A DNA stretch of 13,453 bases from an archaeon (GTDB lineage Archaea; Asgardarchaeota; Thorarchaeia; Thorarchaeales; Thorarchaeaceae): contig JAJRZD010000037.1 in assembly GCA_024275415.1 (NCBI GenBank), positions 1-13,453 of the forward strand, written 5' to 3'. This document shows, one piece after another, positions 7,119-13,453 of the stretch. Position 1 is the stretch's first letter, and the number at the start of each line of letters is the position of its first letter. The position numbers and the translations under genes are program-made. The notes beneath the pieces were generated by a model. The model was given only the letters and a program-made list of their open reading frames with translations, made no database searches and had not been told where the DNA came from.

Positions 7119-7844
7119 TTAGCACCCCATCTGGTCTAGTACATTGATACAAATATCTGGGACATCAGTGATTATCCCATCCACATTCATCCTTACAAAT
7201 TCGGCGATTATCTCTTCATCGTTAACAGTCCATGGGTAGACTTCAAGATTGTTCGCATGTAATGTCTTGACCAAATCAGGCTCTAACAGAAAGAATAATG
7301 GATTGACAGCATCAGCATCCAGCGACCTAGCATATTCTACCAAGTCCTCTATTGGCTGGTTGAACAGGATGGCAATTTTTACATCCGCGTCTAGTGATTT
7401 AATCTTGCTTACAGATTCGTGGATGAAAGACGAAAACAGGATACGGTCAGTGAGGTTGAACCTCTTCACAATGGCAAGGACATCAGATTCTATATCGGGT
7501 ATTTTTATTTCAACATTTATCCGGATTCTATGCCCTATTTGATTGAACACCTCCTCGAGTGTGGGAATGCGAACACTATCACCAAGGTCAATCGACTGGA
7601 TCTCTTTTAGGGACATACTACTGACTTCGCGTTCATCACTGGCAAGCCTTGAAAAATCATAGTCATGAAACACGATAAGGTGTCCGTCAGATGTTCTTTG
7701 GACATCTAGTTCAACCATGTCGGCCCCGATACTAACTGCAGCCTCAAAGGCAGGGAGCGTATTCTCCATCTTTATTGTAGGAGCGCCCCTATGGCCAATA
7801 ACAAGCGGACGTGTCAAACCGAGCCCTCTCTTGGATACATTCAT
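7119..7844 (-). CDS. Glycerophosphodiester phosphodiesterase (GDPD, GlpQ/UgpQ family)
   Basis: Contains VIGHRGA, MENTLPAFEAA, VELDVQRTSDGHLIVFHD, IPTLEEV, INVEIK, FSSF, WTVN and VDGIITDVP. Confidence 0.95.
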   Translation of the reverse strand: MNVSKRGLGLTRPLVIGHRGAPTIKMENTLPAFEAAVSIGADMVELDVQRTSDGHLIVFHDYDFSRLASDEREVSSMSLKEIQSIDLGDSVRIPTLEEVFNQIGHRIRINVEIKIPDIESDVLAIVKRFNLTDRILFSSFIHESVSKIKSLDADVKIAILFNQPIEDLVEYARSLDADAVNPLFFLLEPDLVKTLHANNLEVYPWTVNDEEIIAEFVRMNVDGIITDVPDICINVLDQMGC

Positions 7845-8131
7845 TTCCTATCATGGTTGGTTATGCCAGTTCCCCCGCATCTAGGACATGACATTCCATC
7901 GGTCGAGGTGCCTGTTCCCTTGCAATAATAACATGGCTCTTCTGGTTCGTCAAGTTGTTTGTCGAATCCTTTGAGGACTGCACCCCCGATACCAATCATA
8001 ATCACTGCAATGAACATCAGGACTAGTGATAAGAGATAGAACTCAGGGATCTGCAGGATATAGAAGAACGAAATCAGAAATAGCGTTGCCCCGCAGATTG
8101 TAATTAGTCCTGCACGTTCGTTTCTGTTCAT
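7841..8131 (-). CDS. Small membrane protein with two TM helices and a C-terminal DnaJ-type zinc-finger pair (CxxCxGxG x2)
   Basis: From ATG 8131: MNRNERAG, two hydrophobic helices, then EEPCYYCKGTG-TSTDGMS-CPRCGGTG. Its stop overlaps the GDPD start (ATGA at 7844-7841). The longer 8197 start adds a non-protein-like leader that contains a TATTTA promoter-like element. Confidence 0.8.
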   Translation of the reverse strand: MNRNERAGLITICGATLFLISFFYILQIPEFYLLSLVLMFIAVIMIGIGGAVLKGFDKQLDEPEEPCYYCKGTGTSTDGMSCPRCGGTGITNHDRK

Positions 8132-8256
8132 CTCAATCGCCACATAGCGGGGGCCTGGCATTCCCCTAAATAGGTTATGGATGACAAGTATTTGCACTTG
8201 CTTTATCTACACAAGAGATAATAGAAACAAATGATGAAGAACCACAACGGTGTCGA

Positions 8257-9177
8257 ATGATGTCAGTGTCTGATTTCTTCTCCAGGTACTCCCAGCTCTA
8301 CCAGAAAGAAACCATTAGGGAGATTGTTCCCGAGGGTGTCTTTGTCAGACAGTTGGCAGATTTACGGACTCAGGGCTTGGATGTGGGGATATTCTTCAAA
8401 CAGAAGGGCATCCGGGAACCACGGCAAATCTACTATACTGAACCCATGCCTACTGCTGTGGCTAAGAAAGAGGGGCTTTTAGAAACCACCGATAGAACCT
8501 ACCTCAGTCATACAATCATAAAGAAATTCAAGAAGCTAGATTATCTAAGAGTAGTCATTGCCGCACCAACACGACTCGATTCGCGAGATGAACGTGTTGC
8601 ATTCCTGAAGAATTGCCAGAGAATCATTGACATCCTTCTTCGAAAAGCAAAGAATGTGATCCACTTTGGTGATTTCACTCCGTTCTTGTTTGCACAGAGA
8701 ATCCGCACACTGGACTGGTTCCTAGCAAAAGACCTCAAGCTCGATGAGATATCGGCTGAAGCAGCAGCAATCCCCTTCAATGTGGCGGAGCCAGAGTACA
8801 TTCTCCTCACGGGACAGAATATCATTGTAGTGAAGGACGAACCCCATGTGCCTAGTGGGATCTTCTATCTAGTGGGCGGAATCGGTTATAGTTTTGATTC
8901 ATCTATTGGAGCAGTCAATGAGGAGCGAATGTTCCGGATGACTGCAGATCTTTCTCCAATGGGAATCGATGAGGCGTATATCGAGAGCAACATTTCCCAA
9001 GTGACAGAGGATTTCCAGACAAATGTACATTCGTTGATATTCAGTGACATTTGGAAGAAAAGCCCTGCCAAGCCAGTCGGAGTCAACATCGGGAATGACA
9101 TCCTGATCAAGCCGACGTCGGACAGCGAGATATGGCTGGGCGTCTTTGAGGTGTATCTCAAGAAGCCTATAACATGA
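8257..9177 (+). CDS. Hypothetical soluble protein (306 aa)
   Basis: Long ORF with globular alpha/beta composition and no motif I recognise. It overlaps the convergent gene by 11 nt. Confidence 0.8.
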   Translation: MMSVSDFFSRYSQLYQKETIREIVPEGVFVRQLADLRTQGLDVGIFFKQKGIREPRQIYYTEPMPTAVAKKEGLLETTDRTYLSHTIIKKFKKLDYLRVVIAAPTRLDSRDERVAFLKNCQRIIDILLRKAKNVIHFGDFTPFLFAQRIRTLDWFLAKDLKLDEISAEAAAIPFNVAEPEYILLTGQNIIVVKDEPHVPSGIFYLVGGIGYSFDSSIGAVNEERMFRMTADLSPMGIDEAYIESNISQVTEDFQTNVHSLIFSDIWKKSPAKPVGVNIGNDILIKPTSDSEIWLGVFEVYLKKPIT

Positions 9178-10789
9178 TGAAATCGAATGAATCGATTGCA
9201 GCTATCACCGAACGAAACGCATAGATTCTGAATGTATACGTTACCTCTGCTGAATCCATTGCATCAAACTCAGTTCTCAGACCAGATATGCCGTCAATAC
9301 CGAACGAAGTGATGATCGAAGGCAGCGAACTGATGACCACTTGAGAAACCCCATTTCCACTAGCAATCACAATATCGGTCACGACCGCGTTCAGCGATTG
9401 GTACACTGGTTCTTCAACTGTGCCATGACCGCTCTGGTTCCCGACAGTCCCTAATCGCATCGAATGAATCCTGCTTGGCAGAGAGTAAGTGTATGGCAGG
9501 TATTCCCCTACATCCCCATCCATCACCTTGGAGTACCTCGACCGACTGCAATCTACCTCAATGATTGGGTCGTACTCCTGCAAAATTAAGGATGTAAATC
9601 CGTTCAGCTTTGACACCGTCGCATCGTTATCAAGCATGTCATCAACCGAGAAGCCGTCCACGACAAACCCGTATCTAAATCCCAGGTCTTGCGAGGATGC
9701 GTCTATCGTTCGGTAAGATTGGTATAATTGACTTTGGTTGAGATTCTCAGTCTGGTTCCTAAGGTACGATGAAAAGCCTGCGAGTTCGACTGACCGAACA
9801 TATCCCATCATATCCTCCCACTCGTCTACAGAGAGAGACATGTCAAAGAATATGTCAATGTCTGTTGAGGGGACGCCCATCGATTCTGTGATGTTGGAAA
9901 CCTCAGCGAGTGTCGAGGAATACTGGTCAGCCATCACATCAAAGACTGTGAGATATGGCAATGACTGTGCTGACAAGGAATCCAATACCATACTCTTGTT
10001 GCTGGAGATTGTGATTCTGAAGGGGACGCTCTGATTATCGAGAGCAGTGACCCATTGCTGAAAGCGCAGGATACTTTGAGTGTTGTTTGCGAGAAGGTGA
10101 AGATCCACTCCAAATCCACTTTGAGCCAAAGCAGAAGTGAGGTTATCCTCTGGAAACATTTCGCTTGAAATATCGTAACCAAGTGGCATCTCTAGGAATA
10201 TCTCGATTGTTGGATCCTTGTCTACCTCCGCGATAGGATTTTGTCCCATCACGACCACAGACACGGGCATTGCCAGACCGAGGATGTTCAAAAGCAAGAA
10301 CCATGCGATTCCCCTTTTGCCAATCTTTCGGATTGGTCGAGTAGAGCGGAACCTGCCCATGACAAAGAGGAACACTCCAGCCACTAGATTCAGGATGACT
10401 AGAACCGCAAATCCTCTGACCAGTGGCGATATCAGACCGAAGACCGTAGCAGAGATTGACAGGATTAGGATGTTCACCAGCGCAAGTCGTGCTCGATATA
10501 AATCCAAAAGGAGCTTGGGCAGTATAACCATGAGTGGGAGCACGTAAAACGCCAGCGGCAAGGCGTCTAACAACGGCACATTGCTGATGATACCCCTACC
10601 AATGATCGAACCCAGTGCGTAAACGATAATGGCGATGTTCGCTGCGAAAACGAAACAGATGAACAAATGGAGGGCTCTATCCAGTGTGATTCGCTGATTG
10701 ATACGTCGCCTCAAATTCCTCCGTGCTTCTACCAGTGTTGAAAGCGGTTTTTTCAATCGTGATAATCGTCCTTGCCCATCAGCAGCCAT
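9167..10789 (-). CDS. 5-TM membrane protein with a large extracytoplasmic, probably N-glycosylated domain
   Basis: Basic N-terminus, five hydrophobic helices and a basic loop (RFRSTRPIRKIGKRG) before TM5 predict a C-out topology. The acidic C-terminal domain carries 8 N-x-S/T sequons. ATG 10789 follows a GGTG and is preferred over GTG 10807. Confidence 0.85.
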   Translation of the reverse strand: MAADGQGRLSRLKKPLSTLVEARRNLRRRINQRITLDRALHLFICFVFAANIAIIVYALGSIIGRGIISNVPLLDALPLAFYVLPLMVILPKLLLDLYRARLALVNILILSISATVFGLISPLVRGFAVLVILNLVAGVFLFVMGRFRSTRPIRKIGKRGIAWFLLLNILGLAMPVSVVVMGQNPIAEVDKDPTIEIFLEMPLGYDISSEMFPEDNLTSALAQSGFGVDLHLLANNTQSILRFQQWVTALDNQSVPFRITISSNKSMVLDSLSAQSLPYLTVFDVMADQYSSTLAEVSNITESMGVPSTDIDIFFDMSLSVDEWEDMMGYVRSVELAGFSSYLRNQTENLNQSQLYQSYRTIDASSQDLGFRYGFVVDGFSVDDMLDNDATVSKLNGFTSLILQEYDPIIEVDCSRSRYSKVMDGDVGEYLPYTYSLPSRIHSMRLGTVGNQSGHGTVEEPVYQSLNAVVTDIVIASGNGVSQVVISSLPSIITSFGIDGISGLRTEFDAMDSAEVTYTFRIYAFRSVIAAIDSFDFIML

Positions 10790-10811
10790 GTCATAACACC
10801 AGTGCACTAGC

Positions 10812-10857
10812 CTTTATACATATGCAATGGAAACCACGATTGGCTAAGGCTATAAAG
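10812..10857. promoter_or_regulatory. Back-to-back divergent archaeal TATA boxes
   Basis: TATAAAG occurs on the minus strand at 10812-10818 (~23 nt before ATG 10789) and on the plus strand at 10851-10857 (~30 nt before ATG 10888). Confidence 0.6.
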
Positions 10858-10887
10858 CAAACCTAATAATCCTGCCTTCGATGCTGA

Positions 10888-12072
10888 ATGTATGATGCAC
10901 TTGTAGTCGGTGCTGGTCCCGGAGGTGCTACTGTCGCACGATACCTTTCTGAGAAAGGCCATTCAGTGGCGTTGATTGACCGAGAGAGCTTTCCTCGGGA
11001 CAAGCCTTGCGGAGGAGGATTTGCCTATGACATCATCGAGGAGTTTCCATACCTCAAGAAGCGCGAGAATCAATTCCTTACAGGGATTAGCAAGGTCGGA
11101 GTGCTTCACTCTCCGAACCGGAAGATATCCCTAAGAGGCAAAGTCAGCATGGCTACTGCGCTGAGGTACGACTTTGACAATGCCCTTTTCGAGTCTGCGA
11201 TCGAGTGTGGGGCGGAGCCAATTCTCAAGACCCGAGTTAAAGCAGTGCGAATCAAGGAAGATCAAGTCATCGCCAGCACGAGCGACCGGGATATTACAGG
11301 TCAGGTCGTCATCGGAGCAGATGGTGTGGGAAGCACCATTGCAAGAAACCTTGGTCTACACCGGAGATGGCCGAGCAAGTCTATCTCTGCATGTCGTGTT
11401 GTTGAGGTGCCTGACAGGGAGGAGCATATCAAAGATACTTTTGGTGACGAGTATCACTTCTTTGCGAACCTCGGGGGACGCCCCGGGTATGGGTGGATAT
11501 TTCCTAAACGTGAAACTGTGAATGTGGGTATCGGGATTGTAGGGTCTCATGCACAGGGATTGCCGGTCTACTTTGCCCGGTTCGTAAAGATGTTGAAATC
11601 GAAAGGGCTGTTGGAGCCGAACGCAAATGTGCGCAGTGCCAGAGGAGCTCTGGTTCCAACAGGCGGGACGATAGCGAAGACCTACTGTCATCGTGCAGTC
11701 CTTGTTGGCGATTCGGCGGGCATGGTATCTCCTATCACTGGAGGCGGCATCCATTACGCAATGGTTGCCGGAAGGGCAGCTGCGCAAGTAATCGCAAGGG
11801 GTCTGGAAATTGACAATCTATCTGAGGAGTTCCTTAAGCGGTATCAGGGTCTTTGGATGGCAGACTTCGGGAAAGACATCAAACCTATGCTATTTGCACA
11901 ACGCATCTTGACAGGGCCTTTCACTCAATTGCTGTTCGAGATAGCATCAAGAGATGTTGCTCTCCAGGATTTGGTTTCTGATGCGATGGCAGAGTCATCA
12001 GGGACTGTGAACATTGCCCAGATACTAAGTCGAACATTAAAGGTAGTCACACAGAGCGCATTCCATCTGTAA
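10888..12072 (+). CDS. Geranylgeranyl reductase family flavoprotein (digeranylgeranylglycerophospholipid reductase-like)
   Basis: Contains YDALVVGAGPGG (FAD Rossmann fold), DKPCGGG, RYDFDNAL, VIGADG, the GGR signature PGYGWIFP and LVGDSAGMVSPITGGGIHYAM. Confidence 0.93.
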   Translation: MYDALVVGAGPGGATVARYLSEKGHSVALIDRESFPRDKPCGGGFAYDIIEEFPYLKKRENQFLTGISKVGVLHSPNRKISLRGKVSMATALRYDFDNALFESAIECGAEPILKTRVKAVRIKEDQVIASTSDRDITGQVVIGADGVGSTIARNLGLHRRWPSKSISACRVVEVPDREEHIKDTFGDEYHFFANLGGRPGYGWIFPKRETVNVGIGIVGSHAQGLPVYFARFVKMLKSKGLLEPNANVRSARGALVPTGGTIAKTYCHRAVLVGDSAGMVSPITGGGIHYAMVAGRAAAQVIARGLEIDNLSEEFLKRYQGLWMADFGKDIKPMLFAQRILTGPFTQLLFEIASRDVALQDLVSDAMAESSGTVNIAQILSRTLKVVTQSAFHL

Positions 12073-12119
12073 TTACAACGCTCTTTCTATCTAAGAATTT
12101 CTCAATGCGAATCCAAAAT

Positions 12120-13147
12120 TCATCGTTCAACAAGTTTCAAGATACACTCAACTAGGTTTACGCTCAGGTGGGACGGCGGAGATAACTCCTCTGATACCAG
12201 CGTGTCTTTCACCTCTAAGGAAAGCCCAAGCCGTCCAAGAGCCTTTAGTATTTCTTTGAACTCCTGCTCAGTGCATGTCAGTCCCAGTTCTAGCGTTCTC
12301 AGGATTTGATGCCCATGTGCTGTAAGATGCAGTGCCCACAGGGAAATCTTATCATCCTTCTTCGGCAGTGAGAGCCATTCGGTTTCTCGTCGTCGGAGTT
12401 CTATTATGCGCTTCTTCAAAGACTGTATTTCAGGAACTGTCATCAGGTGATCAAGCGAGAGACCTAGGTCGTCCCTCCGGCTTCGACCTGTCTTATCCAG
12501 TGTGAGATGAACGCTTCACGTGCAATCTCTTTGAAATCTGTTTCTTCCCATTGCTTCATGACCTGCACAAAGGTATCACTATCGATGTCGAGCATTCCAA
12601 GAAACCCAAGACCGACTATCTCCAAGGTACTCTGAATCAGATGGTTCATCTTCCATGGTTCCTCGAATCTTTTCACTAATGGTATTAACTGCACAATCTG
12701 GAGAATAGAACGGAGTCGGGTCAATGTGAACGTGATTCGAAATGGATGCACCGAGCGAGCGACAAATAGAGCAACTGATTCGATGGTGATCCGAGAAAAT
12801 AGACAGCCAACACTTTCTATCTTACCTTCTTCGCCTACATCTAGATACTCCCGTCTTGTGAGCCTGCACAACGGTGTCAGGTCTATGCTTGTCAGTAATT
12901 TATTCCCACTAATATCCAAGAGTTGTAGGTTCCTTAGATTGGCCAAGGGGGTCAAGTCTAAGTTTTCTAGTCCATAGTTCCCACTGATTTCCAGATGCTG
13001 GAGTTCTAGCAGTCCGCTTAATGGTGCCAAATCCATCTCTGCCATCATTTCGATTCCGCAGATCGTGAGCCGATTGTCAAAGAAGTCCACGTCGATTATT
13101 CCTGTTGAGCCATCTACATACGTAACAGGGATTGGTATTGTCCGCAT
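12120..13147 (-). pseudogene. Leucine-rich repeat protein split by a single-base frameshift at ~12465 (pseudogene or assembly error)
   Basis: ORF 13147-12464 ends ...QVEAGGTT-TAG. Adding one base gives GGTT[L/I]GLSLDHL-MTVPEIQ..., in frame with ORF 12443-12120, for a joined product of ~342 aa. The two halves match what I recall as the N- and C-terminal parts of one Thorarchaeota-type LRR family. Confidence 0.75.
12812..13036 (-). repeat. Three tandem 25-aa leucine-rich repeats (third degenerate)
   Basis: MDLAPLSGLLELQHLEISGNYGLEN / LDLTPLANLRNLQLLDISGNKLLTS / IDLTPLCRLTRREYLDVGEEGKIES. Confidence 0.88.
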
Positions 13148-13312
13148 CGCTCAAACCTAATCCAAAGCTTCTGCCTGTTCTTGTAGAACGCAGACCCGAG
13201 AACCTGTATAATAGTTCACATACTGACACTTTCCGAAGGGCCCGGACTCTTGGAGTTTCTCATTCCACCTATCAGATTCGATTGCCCATAAACAATAAAT
13301 GCAACCGATTGA

Positions 13313-13453
13313 ATGAAATCTCCTATTGAATCGAGAAATCTCTTGAGAGAAAAAATTGTGGAAAGACCTTGGTTAAAGCATTATGTGGGTGGAACTCCCT
13401 CCGATATCGAGATTCCTGAAGGCCCCCTCTATGGGTACCTAGACAGGGCTATC
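13313..13453 (+). CDS. N-terminus of a probable long-chain fatty acid-CoA ligase (FadD-like), truncated by the window end
   Basis: Translates as MKSPIESRNLLREKIVERPWLKHYVGGTPSDIEIPEGPLYGYLDRAI. ERPWLKHY..G.P..I.IP..PL...L..A is the characteristic N-terminal leader of FadD-type acyl-CoA synthetases. The frame stays open to the end of the window, and GTG 13358 is an alternative start. Confidence 0.72.
   Translation, partial: MKSPIESRNLLREKIVERPWLKHYVGGTPSDIEIPEGPLYGYLDRAI

Noticed and set aside
6642-7610. ORFs 6642-6890, 6835-7152, 7249-7542 and 7419-7610
   Set aside because: Shadows of the esterase and GDPD genes.
7841-8197. Calling the zinc-finger protein a DnaJ chaperone, or using the 8197 start
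   Set aside because: It has no J-domain and only two of the four Cys repeats. The extra 22 N-terminal codons look like promoter/UTR sequence.
8541-11787. ORFs 8541-8825, 8886-9161, 9489-9716, 9738-10034, 9934-10182, 10218-10547, 11174-11521 and 11356-11787
   Set aside because: All are fully contained within longer, better-supported genes.
12446-12480. Pyrrolysine readthrough of the TAG at 12464-12466, or programmed frameshifting
   Set aside because: Readthrough hits TGA six codons later (VSRLIT*) and does not join the downstream ORF. I see no X-XXY-YYZ slippery heptamer for the required -1 shift.
12726-13329. Plus-strand ORFs 12726-12977 and 13132-13329
   Set aside because: The first is antisense to the LRR gene. 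The second spans the divergent promoter region and overlaps both neighbours, with no motifs.
1-13453. CRISPR arrays, tRNA/rRNA genes, transposases, integrases and defence systems
   Set aside because: I saw no regularly spaced repeats, cloverleaf-like segments or nuclease/recombinase motifs, and intergenic gaps are short and explained by promoters or small ORFs.

Overview
Compact, gene-dense archaeal window with no rRNA, tRNA, CRISPR array or mobile element that I can see. The Roadblock-domain protein, the 'xDLxPL'-type LRR protein, the geranylgeranyl reductase and the tungsten AOR suggest an Asgard archaeon, probably Thorarchaeota-like (inference). Left to right: a 5'-truncated Roadblock/LC7 plus tandem winged-helix protein overlapping an atypical MinD/ParA ATPase (RGGTGKS Walker A); an unannotated 41-aa single-TM ORF; a degenerate GNAT; an aldehyde:ferredoxin oxidoreductase preceded by an unannotated 49-aa ORF; a large polytopic membrane protein followed by a carboxylesterase; a GDPD translationally coupled to a membrane-anchored CxxCxGxG zinc-finger protein; a soluble hypothetical protein; a 5-TM protein with a large sequon-rich external domain; a geranylgeranyl reductase; an LRR gene split by a single-base frameshift; and the first 47 codons of a probable long-chain acyl-CoA ligase. 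The most striking candidate for an undescribed system is the Roadblock-wHTH/MinD-like pair. All family calls come from motif recognition by eye; no searches were run.
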